Below are positions 24,821 to 35,330 of a stretch of DNA of 48,970 nucleotides, piece after piece. The notes beneath the pieces are model-generated. The model was not told where the DNA came from. It ran no database searches and worked only from the letters and a program-made list of their open reading frames with translations. The first letter of the stretch is position 1, and every line of letters starts with the position of its first letter. Both the position numbers and the translations under genes were made by a program. This DNA is from Nemertoderma westbladi (Eukaryota > Animalia > Xenacoelomorpha): NCBI GenBank assembly GCA_032718475.1, contig JAUCBJ010006786.1, positions 1 through 48,970 on the forward strand, given 5' to 3'.

Positions 24821-25100
24821 ATATATTTAATATATATATATATTAATAGATTTTACCTCGTTGCTATAGTTACCTGTGCTAGAAATAAAAATAAATAGGG
24901 TAGTAGATGGAAAAAATAATTAATTCATGGCAAAACCTAGAAATTTTATGTTTGCCCGGTTTCCATGGAAACGCTCCGGTCAAATTTGCTTAAATTTTTT
25001 TTCTGAGGTTTCTATGGCATATACTACCATTTTATTGAAAAAAATTTCGGGGCCGAAAAAATAACACTAATGCGGTTCCGTGTATATTTAGTATTCCATG

Positions 25101-26308
25101 GTGTACCTCATCCCTTCGATCATATTGCACCACAATGTACGTTGGCATAAATTGATGAGTCTCAGTATCTCGTTCATGCAAAAATATCATCCGTTTGCGA
25201 AAATCAGTATTGCTTCGACATATAAAGTATAACCTTTCTAATTTAGCATTTACAGCATGTGAACTATCACTTTCTCCATGAGGAACCGACTTAAATCCAT
25301 TATTTTCTGTAGAAAGGTAATAAATTCGTTTTTGACAGAGTTTAAAGGAGCCAAGGTTCTCTGATTTCTCAATTTCTGTTGCGTTCAGCTTTGAGGTTAC
25401 TTTAAAGAAGAATGTATAGTTCTTCTGGCACATAGAAGGAACTCTGTCTGCAATATATATGTCAGGTATAATCTTTAACAAATTTGCGACTTGATGAGGG
25501 GGAACTGACAAGGAAATCATATTTGTATCGAAACAAACTAGACCATCAAAACATTTTAAGGACTCTTTAAGTGTTGACAAAATTTCTTCGCAAATTTCTT
25601 GGTCAACAAGAGTCGCTGCTGGATCAACAATTGAGGAATCTGGGGAATCAATTACCACCAGGGGAATATCATCACGATCTATATCCGATTCTATAAGTTC
25701 TTCCGCATGAACTGGAAGATCTAAAATTGTCTCAGCTAAATAAATCGGCATGGCAAAAGAGTGTGAAGAATCATAAACCTCAAGAGGATTTCGTGTCTCA
25801 TTTGGACTGAAACCTTGAAAAAGAGATCGACAAGATCTATTAAGAGAATTATCGAATTTAATGGGAGAATAACATAGGCCTAGGGACATATCTGCTTCTC
25901 CTATACCATCTGCATATCCTGTGCACTGTTTCTTTTGTAACGGACTCTTAGTAGGAGTTGAAGTCGCTCGAGGTCGCTCGAAATTTCGAGTGCGTTTTGA
26001 GTCATTAGGCCTACACAAACCGGTATTGCACGCCATAGAATTAGAGGAACTTCCTGTCGGACCAAAAAGAGACCGACAAACATTAACTATAGGAGCACTA
26101 GCACCACCGGTACCGTCATTTCCACCGATTCTAACATAACATTGGAATCTTCACCACCGACCACCATGCTAGACGAATTACCAACAATACATTGCAAAGC
26201 GAATTGGCTCAACCTTGAAGTACAGTCACTGATTGACTGATTATGATCTTGAATTCCAACTGCATCAGCTAGTGCTCTAACGAGTTTTTTTCTATTCTTA
26301 ATCGACAT
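25101..26308 (-). pseudogene. N-terminal part of the MULE transposase
   Basis: ATG at 26308 (MSIKNRKK...). An apparent 5-bp ATGTT duplication near 26135 shifts the frame into the 26036 ORF (KLERLYFICRSNTDFRKRMI...IVVQY), which continues in frame at 20032. Confidence 0.7.
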
Positions 26309-26321
26309 AGATGAAAGTAAA

Positions 26322-27414
26322 TGGTGTATGCTCCTGGTGTATGTTCCTGGTGTATGCACCTGGTGTATGCTCCTGGTGTATGCTCCTGGTGTATGCTCCT
26401 GGTGTATGCTCCTGGTGTATGCTCCTGGTGTATGCTCCTGGTGTATGCCCTCCTGGTGTATGCTCCTGGTGTATGCTCCTGGTGTATGCTCCTGGTGTAT
26501 GCTCCTGGTGTATGCTCCTGGTGTATGCTCCTGGTGTATGCTCCTGGTGTATGCTCCTGGTGTATGCTCCTGGTGTATGCTCCTGGTGTATGCTCCTGGT
26601 GTATGCTCCTGGTGTATGCTCCTGGTGTATGCTCCTGGTGTATGCTCCTGGTGTATGCTCCTGGTGTATGCTCCTGGTGTATGCTCCTGGTGTATGCTCC
26701 TGGTGTATGCTCCTGGTGTATGCTCCTGGTGTATGCTCCTGGTGTATGCTCCTGGTGTATGCTCCTGGTGTATGCTCCTGGTGTATGCACCTGGTGTATG
26801 CTCCTGGTGTATGCTCCTGGTGTATGCTCCTGGTGTATGCTCCTGGTGTATGCTCCTGGTGTATGCTCCTGGTGTATGCTCCTGGTGTATGCTCCTGGTG
26901 TATGCACCTGGTGTATGCCCCTGGTGTATGCCCCTGGTGTATGCCCCTGGTGTATGCTCCTGGTGTATGCCCCTGGTGTATGCCCCTGGTGTATGCCCCT
27001 GGTGTATGCCCCTGGTGTATGCTCCTGGTGTATGCTCCTGGTGTATGCTCCTGGTGTATGCTCCAGGTGTATGCTCCTGGTGTATGCTCCTGGTGTATGC
27101 ACCTGGTGTATGCTCCTGGTGTATGCTCCTGGTGTATGCTCCTGGTGTATGCTCCTGGTGTATGCTCCTGGTGTATGCTCCTGGTGTATGCACCTGGTGT
27201 ATGCTCCTGGTGTATGCTCCTGGTGTATGCCCCTGGTGTATGCTCCTGGTGTATGCTCCTGGTGTATGCTCCTGGTGTATGCACCTGGTGTATGCCCCTG
27301 GTGTATGCCCCTGTTGTATGCCCCTGGTGTATGCACCTGGTGTATGCCCCTGGTGTATGCCCCTGGTGTATGCCCCTGGTGTATGCTCCTGGTGTATGCT
27401 CCTGGTGTATGCTC
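26322..27414 (-). repeat. Right TIR array, 13-bp unit (CTGGTGTATGCTC)n, ~84 copies
   Basis: Tandem 13-mers, inverted relative to 1879-2226. Confidence 0.97.
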
Positions 27415-27545
27415 AACGTATACTCCCGCTCTAAGGTTATTTATAACGGATGTAGTTTTCCGGGTAAAGTTTCGCTAATTTCATATCCAAACGGGACCAC
27501 CACTGTTTGGACAAAAGAGATATCAGAGTGTTTGCAAAGAGCCAA

Positions 27546-27970
27546 TTTCTATTTTGTCTCCTAACGGATCCAAAGTCTCCCACACCCGGTTTCTATTTTG
27601 TCTCCTAACGGATCCAAAGTCTCCCCCACCCAGTTTCTATTTTGTCTCCTAACGGATCCAAAGTCTCCCACACCCGGTTTCTATTTTGTCTCCTAACGGA
27701 TCCAAAGTCTCCCACACCCGGTTTCTATTTTGTCTCCTAACGGATCCAAAGTCTCCCCCACCCAGTTTCTATTTTGTCTCCTAACGGATCCAAAGTCTCC
27801 TAACGGATCCAAAGTCTCCCACACCCGGTTTCTATTTTGTCTCCTAACGGATCCAAAGTCTCCCACACCCGGTTTCTATTTTATCTCCTAACGGATCCAA
27901 AGTCTCCCCCACCCAGTTTCTATTTTGTCTCCTAACGGATCCAAAGTCTCCCACACCCGGTTTCTATTTT
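27546..27970. repeat. 44-bp minisatellite (~9.5 copies)
   Basis: Unit TTTCTATTTTGTCTCCTAACGGATCCAAAGTCTCCCACACCCGG, with starts at 27546 and 27590. Confidence 0.93.
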
Positions 27971-28236
27971 TCCTCTTCCCGGAGGTTTTTATGTGTTTAT
28001 TTGCAAGTTTATCATTTATTTTCGAAAGGAAGATATTAACATCTGAAAAATATAAATTACTTTTATTTTTGTCATTCGTCTTGGGAAAGTCATAAGATAT
28101 TGCCATAGTCTAATAAGGTAAGCAGTTCAGGCGTTGTATCCACTCGGACATTGCGACAGTTGTTCTAGTGTATCGTAGAAATACTATGTTCTAGAACTCT
28201 TTGGGCAAGCCAAGAACTAGCCTACAATACTAATTA

Positions 28237-28496
28237 CACCATAACCCTTAATACAACAACATTTTTAGGGGGTCGGAGTCCCCCCCCCCCATAATTTTAA
28301 TTAAATTTAAGGGATTGTTGTATGGAAATAACTGAGAAATTGAAAAATCCGGCCAGGCCACCAGTAAGAAAAGGTGTCGATCTATCATCATACCGAATTT
28401 CGTAGCATTTTATTGAAATTTTAAAATAATTAGGGGGGGGGGGGGTGGGGGGGCTCCGACCCCCTAAAAATGGTTGTTGTATTAAGGGTTATGGTG
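28237..28496. mobile_element. MITE with ~55-bp TIRs and TA target duplication
   Basis: TA-CACCATAACCCTTAATACAACAAC...GTTGTTGTATTAAGGGTTATGGTG-TA; poly-C and poly-G at the inner TIR ends. Confidence 0.8.
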
Positions 28497-28647
28497 TATT
28501 TGAATTTAATAAATCTACCGGTTGAAACATATTTAGGAATGTAAATTTAATTGATATATATATATATAAATATAATTAGCTAAAAAAAATAGCAATCATC
28601 CATATCTACAGTAGTGTATTTGTGACACTTCTCTGAGGTAATTAACA

Positions 28648-29439
28648 ATGACTAAGCTAATAAAGGGATTTGGAGCAATCAAGCGAATTGGAACCAAGGT
28701 ACTTCGAGCTAAGGGAAACGGACGGAATGTATTTGGACAAATAAAGAGACTTGGAGCAAAAGCAGGTGGCAGATTTAGAGCAATACCGAGACTTGGAGCA
28801 AAAGGGGGTGGAGTAATAAAGGGATTTGTAGCAGGTGGACCAAAGAGAAGTGGAGTAATAAAGAGATTAGTAGCAAAGCCAGGTGGACCAAAGGGAATCA
28901 GAACAAAGGGAGTAGAGGCATTACAGAAATTTAGAACAAAGAGGGATGTAGCAATAAAGAGAGTTGTAGCTGGTCTAAAAGGAGGTGGACCAAAGGCAGG
29001 TGGACCAAAGGCATGTGAACCAAAGGCAGGTGGACCAAAAAGAGGTGGAGTAAAGGGAGGAAAAAAGATAAAAAAACTGATTAATAAATTCAACCCATTC
29101 GCAGTGAGGCAGGGGGACAACAACAATGAAGGACAAAATCCGGACGGTGGTAACCAAGGTAACCAGGGCATTACTACACCTTGGGTACCCAACCAGGGCA
29201 TTACTACACCTTGGGTACCCAACCAGGGCATTACTACACCTTGGGTACCCAACCAGGGCATTACTACACCTTGGGTACCCAACCAGGGCATTACTACACC
29301 TTGGGAACCCAACCAGGGCATTACTACACCTTGGGAACCCAACCAGGGCATTACTACACCTTGGGAACCCAACCAGGGCATTACTACACCTTGGGTACCC
29401 AACCAGAGCATTACTACACATTGGGTACCCATTTTTTGA
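28648..29439 (+). CDS. Gly/Lys-rich basic protein of unknown function (probable 5' half of a split gene; current C-terminus is transposon-derived repeats)
   Basis: 263-aa ORF with an upstream TA-rich element; 173 codons precede the 30-bp repeat. Joins in frame to 35331 once 29167-35330 is removed. Confidence 0.55.
   Translation: MTKLIKGFGAIKRIGTKVLRAKGNGRNVFGQIKRLGAKAGGRFRAIPRLGAKGGGVIKGFVAGGPKRSGVIKRLVAKPGGPKGIRTKGVEALQKFRTKRDVAIKRVVAGLKGGGPKAGGPKACEPKAGGPKRGGVKGGKKIKKLINKFNPFAVRQGDNNNEGQNPDGGNQGNQGITTPWVPNQGITTPWVPNQGITTPWVPNQGITTPWVPNQGITTPWEPNQGITTPWEPNQGITTPWEPNQGITTPWVPNQSITTHWVPIF
29161..29430 (+). repeat. 30-bp tandem repeat x9 (NQGITTPWVP)
   Basis: Unit AACCAG + GGCATTACTACACCTTGGGTACCC; the 24-bp part has an inverted copy at 35299-35322. 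Confidence 0.93.
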
Positions 29440-29510
29440 CCATTTTTTTTTCATAGAAAATAACTTATTACGAGGTTTTTTGTTGTAGAAAAAATATTTG
29501 ACTTTCTGAC

Positions 29511-31746
29511 GGTACTAGTGTGTTATAGGTATAGCCCCCCCTCAAATTTTTTTTACTAGCTAGTTTTTGGTATTTCTTTTTATGAACATGTTCTAGAACA
29601 TGTTATCTATTAAAAAAAATATATATATATGTTCTAGAAAAAATATTTTTCAATTTAAAAAAAAATTAAAAAAATTAATGTACTATTTTTATTTTTTAAT
29701 AATGTTCTAGAACATGTTAGCTATTCAGAACTAGAAAAAAAAAGTTCTAGAACAAATAGTTTTTGTTCTAGAACAGTTCAAAAAAATATAAATTTTTTTT
29801 TAATTTTATTTAGAATTTGTTTCATATGATTTTTAATCGTTGCTGGCAAGATGGGTTTGGGGGGGGGGGGGGGGGTTAGATAGTATTTTTTTAATAGCTA
29901 ATTAAAATTAACAAAATTCACTGTATTGAGAAATTATATTCAGAAATTAATGATATGCTTAGAATACGTATACTGTATAATATTTATTATTTACCAGACA
30001 GCTGGTAATATTTTCTGATCAAATCCAACAGAGCAGAAAATGGGTTTTCTTTGTGTAGAAGCTTCCAACGAAACTCAGCTAGTTGTTGGGCGAAAGTCAA
30101 ATCTTAGCTAGAGAAATTCGATTATTCTAGAAAATTCACTTTCCTTGACATCAAATAAAATGTTCGCGCTTTTAGACCTTTAACAGTTTAACCTGCTAAT
30201 TTAAGTGTCTTATGAGTTGATAATCGCCCGTACTAATTGACATCAGCTGAAGCCAGTCTAGCGCGGCGTATGACCCACGGGTGTGGGAGACTGGATTCGG
30301 GTTCCAGAGGAAGTTATTGCGGAGTAGGCTATTTTGTATTATTCGATTGATTGCTACTATATAATCTCCGACAACTATATTTACTTTCAGGGAAATATTA
30401 ACAGTTCCTTTGGGGCGTGGCGCTTTAAGTATCACGCAGAGTTATACATTTATTATAGGAAGGGATCTAGGGGTCTTTACCTCGAATGATAAGTTTATTT
30501 TACCGAAAATAACTTAACGTTTATTGGCGCAATTGTAGGACTAATCCCATCACATGCGTACTTTTTAACCGGGTAGTGTACAAATTTAAGAATCGCGTAA
30601 TTTTTCTTGAAATTAATATCTCATATCTCTCCAAACCACGAACGCGTTTCGACCTTACTGGGTCAACACTATTTACCATACTTGCCAACACATTGTTACT
30701 ACGCAGAGTTATGACTGACACTAATTACAACGAGTGGCAATGAGATAACGCAAATGGCGCATTCTTTAGGAATGCTTTATTAACCTTCACACTCAATTTC
30801 TGTACCAATAATCACACTAACACACACTAATTTGCCGACTGTCACCGATTTTAGTCATATATAAGGATAAGGAGGACTGCGACTCACATACGTTGGGGTT
30901 ATGAAATAGCATTAAATTCATACAGACCACTATAAATTAGGCCACAATTGCTACTGATACACCCTTCTGCTTACCTCAGTAATTAAGAAAGTTAGGGGGG
31001 ATTTAACGATTATTCATCAGTATTCTCTAAATATAGTATACCATCCATTAATATATAACAACAGCTAATAACAGTATAAAACAGTAAAAAACGGTGTTAG
31101 GTTTGAAATGAATTGAAATGCAGTGTATGAAATGATAATAGATTTGTGTTCTTACGATTCTCTCAGGCCACTGATGCTTTCGGGCGAAGTCAGAACAGCT
31201 AGAAAATCAGAATGAATGAATTCTGAGAAATTTGCCGCATTGCGTCATTTTACATAGGCTACAGAGCACAGGTAAAGGAAGATCGCTCTGATTGGCTGAA
31301 GTATGTCAACAACTAACACAGATCCTTCACACAAAGAAACAGCTGGTAGATTTCGTCATCTCAGCTCTGAGTTTCTACAGAAGCGTAGTTGCATAAGTTT
31401 ATAAGTCTTTTAGAGTATTGAGCGCATTGTTCAAAATGACTTATTTTATCCGCAAAAGCTTTTACATAAAACATAACTAACAAAAAATAAAATTTGTAAA
31501 CTTTTTTTAAAATTTGTAAACTTTTTTTAAAATTTGTTCTAGAACAAAAAATATTTGTTCTAGAACAAAAAACATTTGTTCTAGAACAAAAAATATTTGT
31601 TCTAGAACAAAAAATATTTGTTCTAGAACATCTTCTTATTATTTTTCAAATGTATCTCATGTTCTAGAACATTTCATAAAAATAAATAGCAAAAACTAGC
31701 TAGTAAAAAAATTTGAGGGGGTGTGTACCTATAAGACACTAGTACC
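29511..31746. mobile_element. Non-autonomous TIR element with ~90-bp TIRs
   Basis: GGTACTAGTGTGTTATAGGTA...CCCCCTCAAATTTTTT.ACTAGCTAG and its inverse at 31657-31746; flanks TTTCTGAC / CTTCTGAC. Confidence 0.75.
30161..31466 (-). mobile_element. Solo LTR of a related BEL/Pao subfamily
   Basis: Minus strand TGTAAAAGCTTTTGCGG...GCAGGTTAAACTGTTAAAGGTCTAAAAGCGCGAACA; 5-bp TSD TAAAA on both sides; internal blocks shared with 2899-4128. Confidence 0.9.
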
Positions 31747-32664
31747 CTTCTGACAGTAAGATGATAAGCTAGTAATTTGATTTTATGTTAGATAGTACTT
31801 TTTATTAGCTATTAACAAAAAATATAACTACTTATTGTACGGTATATAAAATATGCTTTATTTACCGTTCGTCCCGAGATCTGTTACTTACCGACCGAGC
31901 GCAGCGAAGGAGGTTAATACACCCTAAGTCAGATCAAGGGGCGAAAGGGTAAATAACGTGTTTTATTTATCGTACAATATGTAATTTTATTGTTAAAATC
32001 ATCATTATTATTATAATCATTAAAAGATATTATTGTTTAATAAGTAATTAAACATTGCACCAGTCGCACCTCGCACCGCAGTTATTATCATCCTTATTTG
32101 TTGATACCAATGGAAAGGTGTCGTTGAAAGGATTCCAAACTTGTAAATAACGGCTAGAGTCCCGTATAGCACTACATTTTAAAAACATATATCATTGTTA
32201 CTAGGGCAACGTTGAAGAGTTCTATATCAACAGAAATAAAAGTATTATATACTATTCTAGAACATAAATGATATAAAAAATATAATGTCCTAGAACATTT
32301 AGCTTGTTTTTTTTTAAATTTTAAATAGCTAGTAAATTTTAAGAAAATATATTTTTAAATAATTTTGCGAATACATTTAAATTAATATGGATTATAGAGT
32401 TTTTTTTTACCGATGTAACTATAATTAGTTCATTTATCCATTGGGTATTGGCTTTTGTTGGCCTTTAAATTTTGGCCTCAGGGAATCCGTTTAATTTTCC
32501 TTTCTTATCTGTCACCTCCACATGTATTCTGTCCTTTTTTCGGAGAATTTATTTATTTTCGGAGAATTTACTTTAATTGCCTTAATTTGACTTTTGTGTA
32601 TTTCGCACCCCAAAATTTTTGCGAAATATTTATTTTTTTAATTACTAGCAATTTTAAATTTGAA

Positions 32665-34487
32665 GCAGAACAAATAGCTGAGATATGGGCGTTCAAAGAG
32701 TGCAGAACAAATAGCTGAGATATGGGTGTTCAAAGAGTGAGAAATAGCTGAGATATGGGTGTTCAAGGAGTGAGAAATAGCTGAGATATGGGCGTTCAAA
32801 GAGTGCAGAACAAATAGCTGAGATATGGGCGTTCAAAGAGTGCAGAACAAATAGCTGAGATATGGGCGTTCAAAGAGTGCAGAACATATAGCTGAGATAT
32901 GGGCGTTCAAAGAGTGTAGAACAAATAGCTGAGATATGGGCGTTCAAAGAGTGCAGAACAAATAGCTGAGATATGGGTGTTCAAAGAGTGAGAAATAGCT
33001 GAGATATGGGCGTTCAAAGAGTGAGAAATAGCTGAGATATGGGCGTTCAATGAGTGCAGAACAAATAGCTGAGATATGGGCGTTCAAAGAGTGCAGAACA
33101 AATAGCTGAGATATGGGCGTTCAAAGAGTGCAGAACATATAGCTGAGATATGGGCGTTCAAAGAGTGCAGAACATATAGCTGAGATATGGGCGTTCAAAG
33201 AGTGCAGAACAAAAAGCTGAGATATGGGCGTTCAAAGAGTGCAGAACAAATAGCTGAGATTTGGGCGTTCAAAGAGTGCAGAACAAATAGCTGAGATTTG
33301 GGCGTTCAATGAGTGCAGAACAAATAGCTGAGATATGGGCGTTCAAAGAGTGCAGAACAAATAGCTGAGATATGGGCGTTCAAAGAGTGCAGAACAAATA
33401 GCTGAGATATGGGCGTTCAAAGAGTGCAAAACAAATAGCTGAGATATGGGCGTTCAAAGAGTGCAGAACAAATAGCTGAGATATGGGCGTTCAAAGAGTG
33501 CAGAACATATAGCTGATATATGGACGTTCAAAGAGTGCAGAACATTTAGCTGAGATATGGGCTTTCAAAATGTGCAGAACAAATAGCTGAGATATGGGCG
33601 TTCAAAGAGTGCAGAACATATAGCTGAGATATGGGCGTTCAAAGAGTGCAGAACAAATAGCTGAGATATGGGCGTTCAAAGAGTGCAGAACATATAGCTG
33701 AGATATGGGCGTTCAAAAAGTGCAGAACAAATAGCTGAGATATGGGCAAAGAGTGCAGAACATATAGCTGAGATATGGGCGTTCAAAGAGTGCAGAACAT
33801 ATAGCTGAGATATGGGCGTTCAAAGAGTGCAGAACAAAAAGCTGAGATATGGGCGTTCAAAGAGTGCAGAACAAATAGCTGAGATTTGGGCGTTCAAAGA
33901 GTGCAGAACAAATAGCTGAGATATGGGCGTTCAAAGAGTGCAGAACAAATAGCTGATATATGGGCAAAGAGTGCAGAACAAATAGCTGAGATATGGGCGT
34001 TCAAAGAGTGCAGAATCTATAGCTGAGATATGGGTGTTCAAAGAGTGAGAAATAGTTGAGATATGGGTGTTCAAAGAGTGAAAAATAGCTGAGGTATGGG
34101 CGTTCAAAGAGTGCAGAACAAATAGCTGAGATATGGGCGTTCAAAGAGTGCAGAACAAATAGCTGAGATATGGGCGTTTAAAGAGTGCAGAACAAATAGC
34201 TGAGATATGGGCGTTCAAAGAGTGCAGAACATATAGCTGAGATATGGGCGTTCAAAGAGTGCAGAACGTATAGCTGAGATATGGGTGTTCAAAGAGTGCA
34301 GAACAAATAGCTGAGATATGGGCGTTCAAAGAGTGCAGAACAAATAGCTGAGATATGGGCGTTTAAAGAGTGCAGAACAAATAGCTGAGATATGGGCGTT
34401 CAAAGAGTGCAGAACATATAGCTGAGATATGGGCGTTCAAAGAGTGCAGAACGTATAGCTGAGATATGGGCGTTCAAAGAGTGCAGA
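32665..34487. repeat. 37-bp satellite array (~50 copies; 33-bp variants)
   Basis: Unit GCAGAACAAATAGCTGAGATATGGGCGTTCAAAGAGT. Confidence 0.96.
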
Positions 34488-35330
34488 GCTTTGCATCCGA
34501 TACAGCCTGCAGGGCATTCCATTTATTATATTTAATAAATACACAAAATTCTGGAACATATTATTTATTTGAAGATTATTAATTGACATGTCATGTCATT
34601 TTATTAGTCGTTGCTACTCATTAAATAAATAAAATGCCCCAGAATAGTATTTATTACAGTACAAAGTTGACTGATTGAAAGGTAATAATCTCCATTTACC
34701 TAGGTAAATAATGCAAATCTTATTACCGCAGGCCCATTGACTCAGCGGTAAATAATGTAAATTTTAACAATAAAAATTATAACTTAATCCTCCATTGAAT
34801 ATGTCTGGAATAATTTATGAGTCAGGGTAGTTTGTTAGTAACTCTATTTGGATGGTCAGCATAGCAAGTAATTATTTACTACTGTAGCTAGATTTTTTTT
34901 ATATAGAAAATGTGATGGCTGCCACAATACAGATTTTACAATTGAGAAGGGTAAATTATATAGATTTGCTTTAAACCATTTTTTTTAATACGGGTTGCAG
35001 GCTAACGATCCCTGTACTATTAAATTTTTTTTCGAAAATACGTTCTAGAACAAAAAATTTTTCTATAACCTTAATTGATAGCTAGCTGTTCTAGAACATT
35101 AAAAAAAGGTAACAAGAAATAGCTAGTTTAAAATATTTATGTTTTTTTTAAATAAAATGTTTTAGAAGAAAAAAATGTGTTCTAGAACAGTAATATTTTT
35201 CTTAATTAATCAATATTCTTGAACATTTTGCGGTCATGTAATATTAAAAATCTTTATTAAAATTGTAAAAACTAGCTAGTTTAAAAAAATCTAGCTATGG
35301 GTAGCCAAGGTGTAGTACTGCCAAAACCAG

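Larger units (their letters stand above)
20040..25100 (+). mobile_element. P-superfamily (THAP9/Galileo-like) DNA transposon
   Basis: ~130-bp TIRs starting CATGGAATACTAAATATA; 7-bp TSD GTGTACC (20033-20039, 25101-25107). Its removal restores the MULE frame (RRDEVH|PFSIISHIRPKISVALKGRIK). Confidence 0.92.
1866..27427 (-). mobile_element. Foldback-type Mutator-like (MULE) DNA transposon with nested insertions
   Basis: Inverted termini GGGAGTATACGTTGAGCATACACCAG / CTGGTGTATGCTCAACGTATACTCCC. Perfect 9-bp TSD GCTCTAAGG at 1857-1865 and 27428-27436. Internal MULE DDE plus SWIM transposase on the minus strand. Confidence 0.93.
29167..35322. mobile_element. Putative non-autonomous TIR DNA transposon holding nested elements
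   Basis: Termini GGCATTACTACACCTTGGGTACCCA / TGGGTAGCCAAGGTGTAGTACTGCC; flanks GTAACCAG / AAAACCAG form an imperfect 8-bp TSD. Confidence 0.65.

Noticed and set aside
28596-29432. Minus-strand Pro/Phe-rich ORF
   Set aside because: Antisense shadow of the Gly/Lys ORF; it starts inside transposon-derived repeats.
29580-31680. Frequent GTTCTAGAAC palindromes as heat-shock elements (also at 20760-21110 and 35040-35190)
   Set aside because: Mostly two-unit matches inside transposon arms; better explained as transposon subterminal motifs.
32665-34487. 37-bp repeats (and the 44- and 30-bp arrays) as CRISPR arrays
   Set aside because: Head-to-tail units with no unique spacers, no cas genes, and a eukaryotic context.
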